A DNA stretch of 50,583 bases, counting the filler, from Basidioascus undulatus (Eukaryota): NCBI GenBank assembly GCA_000826855.1. It is 3 parts of 3 records of this genome, joined end to end, with 100 filler letters (N's around TTAATTAATTAA, not from the genome) between each part and the next. Parts side by side here need not be neighbours in the genome. Positions count along the whole stretch, not along the records: positions 1 to 16,798 come from JTLS01000565.1; 2 more parts are not named here. One strand, written 5' to 3'. Under the pieces are notes generated by a model, which made no database searches, was not told where the DNA came from, and worked only from the letters and a program-made list of their open reading frames with translations. The position numbers and the translations under genes are program-made. Below are positions 1-12,146 of the stretch, piece after piece (the stretch's first letter is position 1; each line of letters begins with the position of its first letter).

Positions 1-509
1 GGCGGGGGCGGGATTGAGGGGCTGACGGATGTGGGAGACGAGGAGGAGGAGGGGAACGAGTAGCGACATGCACGGACGCTGTTGATTCGCACATTGTTGT
101 GGACGCAGTCTGAACTTGGATGTTGGAGTCGGAGTGCTGCGCCTATCCGTTACGATATCTTCACGCGGGCGGTCAGATAGTGTCGTGCGTCGGACAACTG
201 AAGACAGACCCGCACGCCTCAGTAGGTACTTAACTCGCCTCCCCGCTGGAGACCAACTTCTGATTGCCTTCTATCGCAATATCATCCTTTTATTTTTTCT
301 GTACGAAATGCAAAGCACGCGCGGCATTCGCTTTGAGCGGTTATGAACGAAAGAAAGCAGAACGCACAGGGCGCGTCTCACGTGAAACCGACGTCACCTC
401 GCCCCTCACGCTCAGGGGACAGCTTGCTTCCCACCTTGACCAACGACCCTTATACACGCACTACACCACTGCTTTATACCTTATCAACAACCCGCATATC
501 CAGTCCATC

Positions 510-1262
510 ATGGGTGCGTATCCTGGAAATGCTCGGGCGCGCGCGGGAGCTGACGAAAAGCTTGCTTCCGCGCAGCGTCCTCCCTTCCCCAGCCTATCGC
601 CAACGCGGCGGAGACGGTCCAGAACGCCGGGAGCACGGGCATCGCACTCGGTACGCTGTTTCACGCCATGTAGCATTGGAATGGAAGGCTGATGGGCTGT
701 TCTGGGGCGTGGACAGCTAAGGAGGCTCTCGGCGTGAACACCGACAACGCTGCGGGCGTGGACGCTACGTCGCCCAAGAGCCCTGAGGAGAAGCTCGAGC
801 AGTTCCTGCAGCACCGTCCTGATAAGGTGCGTGTCTCGGTGGTGTCTTTCTTTTGAGCTCTGATTTGAGATGGGAGACGGACGGGTGCAGAAGGAGCTCG
901 TGGACCGGCACGTCCTGCTCGACAGCAAGGCTGGTGCGTGCGCAGCGCGACTTTCCCCCCTCCCCGCACTAACGTCGGATCCTGATCGTTACAGCGCCCG
1001 CTCTGCAAGCGAAGGAGGCCGAGCTGCAGAGGCACCAGCTGGAGGTGCGTTTCTCCTTTGGCATACGCTTGCTGGGCGAGGAGCTCAGACGGGTCGGCTG
1101 CGAACGGCAGAACAAGCTCGAGGCCGCCATCTTGCACCGCCCGCCTTCGGACGAGCTCGTCAACAAGGGCATCCTCGAGAGTACGTCTTGTCGTATCCTG
1201 TGCAGCGACCGAATGATGTGCTGACTGTGCATGCAGAGGACGAGGCTCCCCCGTCGGACTGA
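510..1262 (+). CDS. Small RPEL-repeat protein (7 exons)
   Basis: Manual splicing of GT..AG introns from ATG 510 gives ...EKLEQFLQHRPDK/KELVDRHVLLDSKA/APALQAKEAELQRHQLE/NKLEAAILHRPPSDELVNKGILE/..DEAPPSD*. This contains two L..RP...EL....IL RPEL motifs. Stop TGA at 1260-1262. Confidence 0.85.
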
Positions 1263-1551
1263 GCGTGCGCGCACATACCGACAGACCTCACCGCTACAGA
1301 CCTTTACGCTGGTACCGGCTTTGAACATTATGGCCTCCCTCTCTTCTTCCTCTTTTCCGGTTTTCGCTCTCTTGAAACGCACCGCATCGTAACACATCGA
1401 ATGAACGTGAAGGAATGAACTAATGTCCGCATTGTCTGTGCTGCGCTGCCCCAGGCCAGCAGAAGAGTGGTAATGCGAGTGCGAGTGTATGCGAGCCCCT
1501 AATCAACCCGAAAGTCCCCTGTCTTTCGCTCAGTCCGCCGCCTCCCTCCCC

Positions 1552-2193
1552 TCAGTCATCCTTCCTCCGCTGAAGCCGCTCCTTGATGTCGTCCACCCTG
1601 TCCCTGACCATCTCCCTCGTGCGTGGGCCCACCTTGAACCCTCTCCGCTGGAGCTCCTTCACGATCCTTGGCGTAACGGCGGCGGTGATCCCCACGCGGA
1701 CGGGGAGGAAGAGCGTCTTGTGGATCCCATACGCGAGCGCCGCCGTCGTCCAGATGCTCATCTCAGCGCCGCCCTTCTTCTTGTCCACGCCCTCCGCCTC
1801 CGCGGCCTCCTCCTGCTCGTCGCGCGTCGACTTGCCCTTGTACCCGACGAGGTCGAACGCCCAGCGCTCCGCGGCCTGGACGTGCTCCGCCCCGACGACG
1901 TGGATGAGCCCGTACGCGAGGCCGAAGTCGATGACGGAGACGCCGAGGTACACGCCGAGCGCGGCCCAGCCGTACTTCTTCGTCAGCTCCTTGATCCGCG
2001 CGCTGAACCCTGTGGGCGGCTTGTTTTGGTTGGCATTGGGTTGTGCTTGGGAGGAGAAGCCGCGGCGGGGCAGGCGGAGCGCGCGGGGAGGAGCGAGGCG
2101 GAACGGCCGAGCGGGAGCGAAGGGAAGAACGGGTGCCGGGGGCGCCGCGGTGGCGCGGGTGGACGCCGAGCGCGCACCGGACCGCAGAATCAT
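1552..2193 (-). CDS. DUF1279 / FAM210-like (Nat2-like) mitochondrial membrane protein, intronless
   Basis: ATG 2193 starts an Arg/Ala/Ser-rich presequence-like N-terminus (MILRSGARSASTRA...RRGFSSQ). Family-typical motifs follow: IKELTKKYGWAALGVYLGVSVID and ALAYGIHKTLFLPVRVGITAAVTPRIV. Confidence 0.85.
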   Translation of the reverse strand: MILRSGARSASTRATAAPPAPVLPFAPARPFRLAPPRALRLPRRGFSSQAQPNANQNKPPTGFSARIKELTKKYGWAALGVYLGVSVIDFGLAYGLIHVVGAEHVQAAERWAFDLVGYKGKSTRDEQEEAAEAEGVDKKKGGAEMSIWTTAALAYGIHKTLFLPVRVGITAAVTPRIVKELQRRGFKVGPRTREMVRDRVDDIKERLQRRKDD

Positions 2194-2697
2194 GGTGGAT
2201 GCGCAGGGAGCGGGAGGCAGGTGATGGTGGTGATGGTGGTGGGAGGGTAAGCGAAGAGCTCGGAGGAGCTGGCCAAAAGTCAAGAGAGACCGGGCGAGCG
2301 AGAAGACGCGGCTCGCTGCCGTCGGCAGGCCGGCCGCCGACTCCGCCGCCCCCCAAAGCTCGCCCGACGCCTCGGTCTCAACAGTAACGCCGATATCCAA
2401 GTAATAGCATGCACTAGTTTCAGTGCAGAGCAACGCTCAAATGCACTGGTTGAAAATACTGCGCCATAATCACTGTCCCTGGCAAAGGAACAAGATTTGG
2501 CCCTGGGCGTCTTACCGTTCGACAACGGAAGTGGGTATGCACATACATGCATGATGCAGCCCCAGCCCAAAGCACAGTGCAAAATAGGTAAACCAAATAA
2601 GCAAAAAAAGGCCACATGCGCATCATAGCAGACATGCGCATAGAGAATGAAATCGTTAAAGACCGGCGACGCCAACCCCAACACCCAACCCAACATA

Positions 2698-4659
2698 TTA
2701 CTCCTCGTCCTCCTCCTCCGAGTCGCTCTGCTCTTGCAGGAACTGTGGGGGGACGAAAGACGATTGGTCAGACCGAAAAGGCGAACAGAAGGGAAGAGAG
2801 ATGGTGAGGATGACGGACCTTGACGAGCGCCTCGGTTGCCTTGAGGAAGTGCTGCCGACCCTGGGGCTTGCTGCCCTTTTGGAACCAGTAGATGATGGCT
2901 GCGTCCGAGACGCAGTCCTTGTTGTAGAACAGCTGTCACGCGTAACGAAAACTAATCAGGAACGCTGATCCTCCCCAAAGAGAAGAGAGAGAGAGGGAGG
3001 AGGGAGGACCGGGCGCACCTTCACAATCTGCGGGAACGCCTTCATCGCCTTGGTGTTGTCGTAGAACCACACCTGCGCGGCGTTGATGAGCGCGACCTCG
3101 GCGCGCGGGCCCTGCGCGAACGCCTCGAAGACGGGCGTGTGTTTCTGTACAGCAGCAAGCAAACTCTTCAATCAGCGAACTATATCGCGCGTAAGGTAGT
3201 ATTGGGGGGGTGGGGGGTGGGGTGGCGTACCGCGGCCTCCCGGACGGTGAGCGCCTCGATCTGGTCGGGGCGCGCCCCAAAGTCGACAGTCGTCATCAGC
3301 GAGTTCCAGATGAGCGCGGGGAGCTCCTCCGCGGGGAGCGGGTGCGCCGCCTGCTGCGCGTTGAGGTAGGCGATGACCTGCGGGAGCGAAGCGCGCATGA
3401 GCAACCTGGGCAGAATGGTAGCAACAGCTGGGGACCAAGACGCACCGCGTCCGCCGGCTCCTCCTCCGCCGCCATCTCCGCCAGGCGTGCGGCAGTCTCC
3501 TCCTTGTGGCCCGCCGACGCGCGCTTGCTCTGGTACTCCGCGATCTGGGGGAGTCCCTCAGCCCTGAAGTGCTTGACGACCTCATCCTCGGAGCGCTTGG
3601 TGGCAGGGAGGTAGACGGTGAGGTCGCGGATCCCCCCCCGCTTGAGGGCGTTGCCGAGCTTGTCCATGCTCAGCCCCGCGCTGAGGTACGTCCGGAAGAC
3701 GTTCGTCACGAACGAGATCGCTGCGCCGTCCTTGACCAGATGCTCCTTCGCGAGCACGGACAGCACCGCCGCGGAGACGAGCTCGGACGACATCATCAGA
3801 CCCACGGCAATCGCAACCTTGTCGCGCTGCGCCTGGTCCCACTTGTTGACGTATTGGAGGATGCCCGGCAGGGACGACTCCTCGAGGATCTTCTGCAGAT
3901 ACTTGTACCTGCGGCGCGAGCGGCGGCGGCGTTAGCCCGTGATCCTTGCGCAAGTGACGAGGCAGGGGTGGGGAGGGGACACGCACCGACGGATGAGCTT
4001 GTTCAGGACCTCCACGTAGGGCTTGAGGCCGTCGCGGGTGGCAGGGTCGGACGCGCGGAGGATGGAGAAGGGGCTGGAGGGAGCGCCATCGTCGAGGTAT
4101 GCACCGCCGGGAGCGAGAAGGCCGCCGAGGACGAGGATTTCGAAGAGGGCCTCCGCGTACTTGCGGTAGTCGAGAGTGTTGCCGGCGGCGTCGAGCTGTG
4201 GACAAGAGAGGAAGAGGAGGAGTCAGTGTCGATGCCTCCTGAGTCTTGAGCTCGAAGGGTGTGTGCTTCTCGGCGACGGTCCAACAGCTCTTGCTGCCCC
4301 TCTCCGGGCAACACACAGCAGCCCCAGCGCAAGTCAGCACTCCCCCCCTCGCCCTAGAGCATTCACGGTCGAAGAGCGAAAAGAAAGTGGGATGACGCAC
4401 CTTCTGAGCGATGCCGTCAAGGTCGCCGTCGGGAACAGTCTCAAAATGGCGGTAGAGCTGGTCGCGGAAGACGTTAGGCTCGTGCTTAGCCGTAGCCTTC
4501 TGGACGCGCTTGCGCTGTTTGATCCTAACACCTGTGGAGAGGAATACAGATGCCGGCGTGGATGAGCCGTCGAGCCTTCCTCGGGCGAGGATGGATGGCA
4601 AACGGACCTGTCAGAGACGGTTTAGCATTTCCTTGGGCTGGGGTCGGCGTAGAAGTCAT
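2698..4659 (-). CDS. BZW1: eIF5-mimic protein 5MP / BZW (W2 domain translation regulator), multi-exon
   Basis: Spliced product MTSTPTPAQGNAKPSLTGVRIKQRKR...HEPNVFRDQL...LDAAGNTLDYRKYAEALFEILVLGGLLAPGG... It ends in the W2 aromatic/acidic boxes LFYNKDCVSDAAIIYWFQKGSKPQGRQHFLK...FLQEQSDSEEEDEE*. Confidence 0.9.
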
Positions 4660-4990
4660 GAAATCGTCCCGGCGCGTTCTCTCGGACGATATGTGAATAT
4701 GAAAGCGGCGGGGCTAGGAGTGGGGAGGGGTTGATGGAAAGAAGTAAACGAGCGATGAAGCAAGAGACGAGTTGGGCGAGGGCATCTGGGTCGCTCGAAA
4801 AGCGCATGCGCCCCAGGCTTCTCTCGGTTGAACGCTTTGATTAGTAACGTTACTAGTGAACTTGCTAGTGTCGGCTCTTCGAACGCGGTCGACTGCCTTC
4901 TCTCGTCGCGCTTGCTTCTCGCGCTCTGACCATCATCCACGCCCCCGCCCTCGCCCTCCTCTCCGTTCTACCCCCGCCAGCTTATCCACA
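4660..4990. promoter_or_regulatory. Short divergent (bidirectional) promoter between BZW/5MP and CCT6
   Basis: Head-to-head ATGs are separated by 331 bp. Pyrimidine-rich tracts precede each start, and a perfect palindrome TAGTAACGTTACTA lies at 4842-4855. Confidence 0.6.
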
Positions 4991-7418
4991 ATGAGCGGCG
5001 TAGAGCTCATCAACCCCCAGGCACGCTGCGTTCTACAGGTCGCATCTCAGTCGAAGCCGGCTGACGACTCCTTCCGTTCTGTACAGGCCGAGCGTGTTCG
5101 CCGGAGTCAGGCGCTGGCGGTCAACACTGCCGGCGCGGTCGGCCTCGCCAATGTCGTCAAGAGCAATCTGGGACCGAGGGGGACCATCAAGATGCTTGTT
5201 GATGGGTCGGGGAACATCAAGATGACCAAGGTGAGCTTCATATTCGAGCACGGGCTTGAGGCGGGCGGGAGAGAAGACGCAGATTGTCGCTTGGGAGATG
5301 GAAGGGATCAAAGGCCCTTGGGTTGAAATGGAAGTCGCTGACACAAGCATTTGTTCAACAGGACGGCAAGGTGCTGCTTTCGGAGATGCAGATCCAGGTG
5401 CGCTCACACCATTTACAATGCAGGCCCGGAAGCCCCAAAGTGCTGATACCCTCCCCCTTGCTAGAACCCCACCGCCGCTCTTATCGCCCGGACAGCCGTC
5501 GCGCAGGACGAGCAGTGCGGCGACGGCACGACCTCGGTCGTCCTCCTCGTCGGCGAGCTGCTCAAGCAGGCCGAGCGCTATGTGCAAGAGGGCGTGCACC
5601 CGCGGGTCATTGCGGAGGGATTTGAGGTTGCGAAGAAGGAGGCCATTTCTGTGACCCACATCTCCTTCTGTCCCGTCGTCTTGCAGAGCGCCGAACTCAT
5701 CAGGTCTGACGGGTGGACGACAGTTCCTCGAGAAGTACCGCCAGCGCGTCGACCTGGACCGGTCGACGCTCATCTCGGTCGCGCACACCTCGCTGTCGAC
5801 GAAGCTGCACCCGGCGCTGGCGAACCAGCTCGCGGCCTCGGTCGTCGACGCCGTGCTCGCGATCCGCCCGCCGAAGCCCGCGGACCCGACCGACTTCCAA
5901 GAGCCGGTCGACCTCCACATGATTGAGATTATGAAGATGCAGCACAAGACCGACACCGACACGCAGCTCATCCGCGGCCTCGTCCTCGACCACGGCGCGC
6001 GCCACCCCGACATGCCCAAGCGCGTCGAGAACGCGTACATCCTCACCCTCAACGTCTCGCTTGAGTACGAGAAGACGTGCGTTGTTGCTCTCCTCCCCAC
6101 TTCCCCTCGCCCCCTCCCCCACTTTCTTCCCCCCTCCAGTTTCCTTTCCCTCTCACCATCCTTTTCCCCTGCGCGCGTTCCCGCTGACTGGCCCCCGCGC
6201 ACCCACAGCGAGGTCAACTCCGCGTTCTTCTACTCCTCGGCCGAGCAGCGCGAGAAGCTCGTCGAGTCCGAGCGGCGCTTCGTTGACGCCAAGCTGAAGA
6301 AGATTGTCGAGTTCAAGAACCTGGTGTGCGACCAGGCCGTGAACGGCTCGGCTCCGAAGAAGAACTTTGTCATCATCAACCAGAAGGGCATCGACCCGCT
6401 CTCGCTCGACGTCCTCGCCAAGAACGGCATCCTGGCGCTCCGCCGCGCGAAGCGCAGGAACATGGAGCGGTGCGTCTTTCGTCGGAGAGTGGAAGGAAAA
6501 GGAGGAACTGGCGCTGAATGAGGGTGTGGGGCGACGTGGCCGGTGGGGGTGAGGACAGGCTGCAGCTGGTGTGCGGCGGCACGGCGCAGAACTCGGTGGA
6601 CGACTTGACGCCGGACGTGCTGGGCTGGGCGGGGCTGGTGTACGAGCACACGCTCGGGGAGGAGAAGTTCACGTTCGTCGAGGAGGTCAAGGACCCCAAG
6701 TCCGTCACTCTGCTCATCAAGGGTGCGTTCTGTCCTCTCCTGTCCTGTCCTCCCTCATCTCGTTCTCTCCCTTCCCACTCACACACTGTTTTGTCCCGCA
6801 GGCCCCAATCCGCACACGATCGCGCAGATCAACGACGCGCTCCGGGACGGCCTGCGCTCCGTCAAGAACGCGCTCGAGGACGAGTCGCTCGTGCCCGGGG
6901 CGGGCGCGTTCGAGGTCGCGTGCGCGGCGCACCTCGCCGGCGCGGTCAAGAAGGCGACCAAGGGCCGCAGCAAGTTCGGCGTCCAGGCGTTCGCGGATGC
7001 GCTCCTCGTCATCCCCAAGACCCTCGCCGCTAACGGCGGGTTCGACATCCAGGACGCGATCGTCTCGCTGCAGGTACGGTCCCGTTTTGCTAGGGTGCTG
7101 CGTTGGGAGGGGGCCATGCTGAACAGGGGGTGCTTGGTGGGTTACAGGAGGAGCAGGCGGAGGGCCACACGGTCGGGCTGGACCTCAAGACGGGCGAGCC
7201 GCTCGACCCCGTCGTCGAGGGCATCTGGGACAACTACCGCGTCAAGCGGCATATGCTCGCCTCTTCGTTCGTCCCACCTGGTCTCGCTTCCTTCTCTCCA
7301 AGTCCTGTGACTGATGCGTGGTGGACCCTGCGATGGCAGCGCCGTCATCACGACCAACCTGCTGGCGGTCGACGAGCTCATCCGGGCGGGGCGGGCAAGC
7401 TTGAAGGAGCAACAATGA
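4991..7418 (+). CDS. CCT6: T-complex protein 1 subunit zeta (CCT/TRiC chaperonin)
   Basis: Motifs [106 protein letters not shown] and [16 protein letters not shown]. Stop at 7416-7418. Confidence 0.97.
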
Positions 7419-9236
7419 GCGCGGCGCGGGTGAAGGGTTGACGCACGATGCATCTAACGGCATTATTCGATGGGCGTGGCTTGGCTGCGGCGCCGTCGAG
7501 GTGGTGCTCTTGAATTGCGCTCGACATTACGTCTTTCAGATGGCGACAGCAGAGCCGTGCCATTAGTAAAGCAGTCTTCATGTCCCTCCTGCTTTTCCTG
7601 CTCCCAGTCAACCTGCGCGTGTGTCTGAATCCCCATGGAGGGCGCGTTGGCGGGGCAGGAGGGGTTTGGGTCCCGCCGGTGCGACGTCCGGTGCGCAGCA
7701 TACGGATTCATGAAGCCTGCTTCATATGGCACACATGAGGTGCTTTTGATGTTCCCTCAAAGGAACGACGAGAGAACGCATTCAAGCGCGTAGCGCCGGT
7801 CGACCTTCAAGATCTCCTCAGCGCGTCCGAGAGCGTATGTGACTACCTTTTTTGAGTGACAAGATCAGCTAGTGTCCGCCATTTCCTATTAATCTTCTTT
7901 GCTGGAAACCTGGCCACCGCTGTAGACCATCGAAGGAGCGAAGAAAGGCTATCAACTTTGATAAGAACGTTGGGGGTCGGCAACGATGGTGGTCGGCATT
8001 TTCCGCTCTGCTTGCCCTCAGGTTGAACATCGTCAACACAATCGCACAGTAAGTCCTAGGGCCCTTTTGGCTCAGGCTTCACACGAAGAATGGAAAGTGC
8101 GTTGTGAAGATCACTCCTGCAAGTCACAAAGTACGACAACGTGCCGCTCGGCACACGATCGCGCACAGGAAGGAGTAGGTGGATGCGCAGTGTAGGATGC
8201 AGCTCCGCCCCTCCCGTACCTTACAACTCCCTCCTCTGACCCAACAGCCTTTTCCTTCTCCAATCCCCATGCGTATCTTGAGTCAAGCCTATCACTGCCA
8301 TCACATAGTCCCCAGTCAGCTCAGATCTCACAGAGCTTCACTGATGGGCTCGCAGAGCTTACCCTGCGCGGAGGTGGGACTTGGGAGGTCGGCGGGCGAC
8401 CAATATGGCGGGGAGGGCGCAACGTAAAACGTTTCCCTGCCCAGGATGAAGGGGAGGAGCAGTGAGCGAAATGTTCATAGAGCCGCCAGACGACCACGTC
8501 GACAAGCGTCGACACTGCATTCCAGGAGGGTGGGCTTTAGGCCTGATCCTTGTCACTACCCTCACCACGATGGGATGAAAATGAGAAAGCCTAACGATAG
8601 AGAACCTTCGTGTGCGGATACACGACCCCATGGGTGTGCAGGACGGGTGGTCCGGCCCACAGACGTTGACACAAAGAGCTTATACAAGGCACGGAGCACA
8701 GGACTGTTCCCGGAGTACAACGAGTACAGCGCCGAGTCGAAATCGAGGACATGCATGTCAGTACAGAAAGCCAGGAGACGGAGGACAAGGTGTCGCGGTG
8801 GGGTGGTGGCGGTTGCATGAAGGTGCGTCGAGCCGCCGAAGTGGGTTTTGTAGTCCTGAAAGGCAGGCATTTACATCTTATTTCATTAAGAATTGTTACC
8901 GGATCCATTGATCCAGTCTGCTCCCTTTGTTGTCCTTTGTTTGCTTTCCGCACGTCCACTTCATAAGCTCCCGACACATGACTGCCAAACCACGGCGAGT
9001 TCTTTGATGGAAACCACCCCTATCTTACCCTGCTTTATCTTGGATATTGGATATATGTTGCCACTGGCTGCGTAGGTAGCGGGGGTTTCTACCTGGACAA
9101 TGGGGAGCAAACCACGGAGCCTTCGGTTCCTCCCATTTCCTCCGCTTTCGCCAACCGAGGCCTGGTCTCGGAGCTGTAGCCGTTGCAGAATAAGCCATCG
9201 TTATTCTCTTGTCTTCCCCCCACATGGTCAACGACG

Positions 9237-10744
9237 ATGCGACTTCCAGTAGAGCTTATCTCTTACATTGCGGAGTTTCACTTCGGTGTTGAATTGGCAG
9301 TTGGGCACGTGCGTAAGATGCTTCACTGCGGACCCTCATTGACACCAGTTCCTCATCAGTCTATATCATCCAACACAGTTCGGAGAGTGACTAGAGGAGA
9401 GACCGCGCAGAAAGCAGTGGTCGTTGGCGGACCGGACTTTCAAGGTGCGTTGATCTGTTGCCTCTTTTTCGTGGGGAGTGTTGGTGAGAGGTGTACCTGT
9501 GCACTGTGTCGGTGGATATCAAGCGATCGCACCGCAATCCCGGCCAATGCCTTACCATCACGCATCTTGACAACATTGCGACATACATCCACCTTCTCAA
9601 GAAGGGGGCGCTTCAGCTCGACTCCACCGGCATCTTCCTTATCCTCGCCGTACCGTTGCTCTCGGGACAGCTGCTGGCTGCGCTTACGCCGCTCACACCT
9701 CATCCACCAATCTCTCCTCCGTCCTCTCTCCACCCCTACCCCTCTCTTCGCGAACAAGCTCATCCGGAACCCGGCGAAGACCACGTCGGCGAGCTTGATG
9801 GTGGGAGACCGCCTTCGCAAGCTCGAGCTCTACACGGGCGCGGAGACGCTCGAAATCGAGTTTTAGCGACCTCTGGTCTACGCCTGGGGCCCACCACCGA
9901 TCCCGCTCTGCCCCGCTCTCACGCCTCTGAAGATCACTGTTCGCCCGATGCAGTTCAAAGCCCCGCACCTCGAGTTACCAACTTCCTCGGAGGTCGTTTC
10001 ATGAACCTTAAGGCACTCGAGATCGAACAGATCGACTTTGCTCCGCTCTAAACGATCAAGACCTTCCTTCGTATGATCGGACCGCGAGTAGAGGTCGTCG
10101 TTTGCTCCCCCCGGCGTCCGTTCATTTACGACGCGAAACGCTTGCTGCCGAACCTCCTCAGCCTCGATCGACATTCCCAGGGCGTTCTTGGGGACCTCAA
10201 ACATCTCCCGTCCCTCCAAAATCTTATACTGCGCATCCCGACCTCCCCTCACTTGAACGACATCCCCACGACGTCGACGTCCCCAACCCAGCACCGCTTC
10301 ATCTTGCGTGCTCAACGACTGCACTTCTTTATCGTGTCCGTTTTCGGACAAAATTCCTGACGACATTTGGCACCCCGGAAGCCCCGGGTGCCCCGCATCC
10401 CCATAACTCTTCACCACTCCGCTAAGTCCAATCCCCTCCAGAGATCGTGTGCGCTCTCAGTCGCCTCACGAAGACTTGGCGAAGATTTCTATGTGGCCGG
10501 TACGCCAAGATTTCTCATTGAAGATGGCCGACGTGACCGAGGAGGCAAAGGTTCACTAGCCGAAGGCGACTGGGACAAAGCATCCGAGGAGGGAGGCAGA
10601 GCAGGCTCGGGGATACGGCAGGCGGGGGCCAAAGAAGGGGAAGCGAAAAAGGAAGGGGGTTTGGGAGAAGGCAAGTGGACGCTAGCGGCGGGTCCGGATG
10701 AAACGGGGGAAAGGTCCGCGAGCGGCAGATGTGAAGGACGCTGA
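9237..10744 (+). pseudogene. Degenerate F-box/LRR-like gene
   Basis: Starts with F-box-like MRLPVELISYIAEF. LRR-like pieces (LRKLELY, FMNLKALEIEQI, LLPNLLSL, LPSLQNLIL) follow in different frames, broken by stops ending at 9866, 10051 and 10360. The 3' end is approximate. Confidence 0.45.
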
Positions 10745-11059
10745 AGAGGGCAGCTCGAGCCGGTCTCGGGATTGACTGTATGGGCGTTTTTTCATGTATT
10801 ACTTTGCGGTGACGCTTGCATGACTTATTACTGCGTTTCTTAAACTTTGTCCCGAAAATTTGCCACAATTCCTCGAGTTGCTCGAAGCAAAGTTCTGATT
10901 TGCCAGCGTGCAAAGGGGTGGACGACTGCCAGATACCGCCTGTCAGATGCATGCTGTCGGCATACATAATACCGAGTTATGTCTTCTTCGATTGACTTAC
11001 TCGAAGCAATATAAAGTTTACTACTAGAAGTCTCAGGGAAGAAGGCCTATACTTGAGAA

Positions 11060-11345
11060 TGGAAGGGAGCGAGAGGGCAAGGCGACGTCTGCGTCGGTGA
11101 ATGTGGCCAGAAGACTAGCCCAACACAGAAGTGGCGTATAGATAGAAAGGCAAAGTCGACCGGGATCCAGAGAAACAAAGGAATGTGGAATTGGGCCAAG
11201 GATGAAAAGCCAGGGCAGATGTCAGCTTGAATTTCCGTCAGTGCGCCTGTCAAAGAGCGCAGTCACACTAATGTCGAAAGAGAACCAGAAAAAACCAAAC
11301 GAGATACGACGAAGGCATCACGTCCTCCCCTCCATTGGCAAGCTT
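11060..11345 (-). repeat. Diverged duplicate of the RAX2 last exon and 3' UTR
   Basis: Aligns colinearly with about 11870-12200. The minus strand encodes LANGGEDVMPSSYLV versus PANGAEGVCPSSYLF in the real last exon, and both copies share AATGTCGAAAGAGAACC. Confidence 0.75.
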
Positions 11346-12146
11346 TTATAAAATTGTGTTGGCGGTATCGCGGTATCTCATAGCCCCATCGAGGGCACGG
11401 GAAAGGCGTCCACTTCGATTTGAGGATGAGGAACGACTGTTGGAAGTCAGCAACGGCGCTGCACTGCCCTCAGGCTGGATATTTTCAGAACAACCGCAAA
11501 ATTCAGTCTTGCACGATGATAATATAGGAGGATATGTACCGTCCGTTGACTTTGATCAGCTCTCTGCCCGACATGAACGCCCGAAATCATCGCCGCGGCT
11601 TCCTGCCACGCCTCTGCGGATCATGCTCGTTCGAAATTTCTGCACGCTTAACAAGGTCATTCATTGACGCGCCTCGCGTGGACAGCAACATCCCAGGCCA
11701 AACAAGTGCGGCCTGTATATGTGCATTAGGACGACAATAAGGAGGGCGAGAGCCACATAGCGGCTACTGTATGAAGATGGCAGGGGTAACATGCGACAAG
11801 AACAACGGAGGATAGGATGAGTTGTCTTGAGGGAACGAGGTGAGGAGGAGAGGACAAGGGAGACGAGTGAGCAAGGTGAGAGGGAAGGCGCGGCTGCGTC
11901 GGCGAATTTGGGCAGAAGACCAGTCCAGCAGAGGCAGGGTATAGTGAAAAGGCAAAGCCGTCCAGGACCCAGAAGTAAAGAAAGAAGTAGAAAAGTCCTC
12001 GAGGGATGTTCGAATGAGACCCTGAAGAAATGATAGCATCGACTTGAAGAAAGACAGCCAGCGCGGACATCAGCTCAGCATGCGAGGCTATTTGCTCCCG
12101 CAGACTGATGAGCATACTCACAATGTCGAAAGAGAACCGAAGAAAG

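Noticed and set aside
1..69. Possible minus-strand gene start MSLLVPLLLLVSH at the window edge
   Set aside because: Only 23 codons are visible; insufficient evidence.
7900..9100. Short ORFs, including hydrophobic 8562-8870 on the minus strand
   Set aside because: No recognisable family or consistent exon structure; may be old gene debris.
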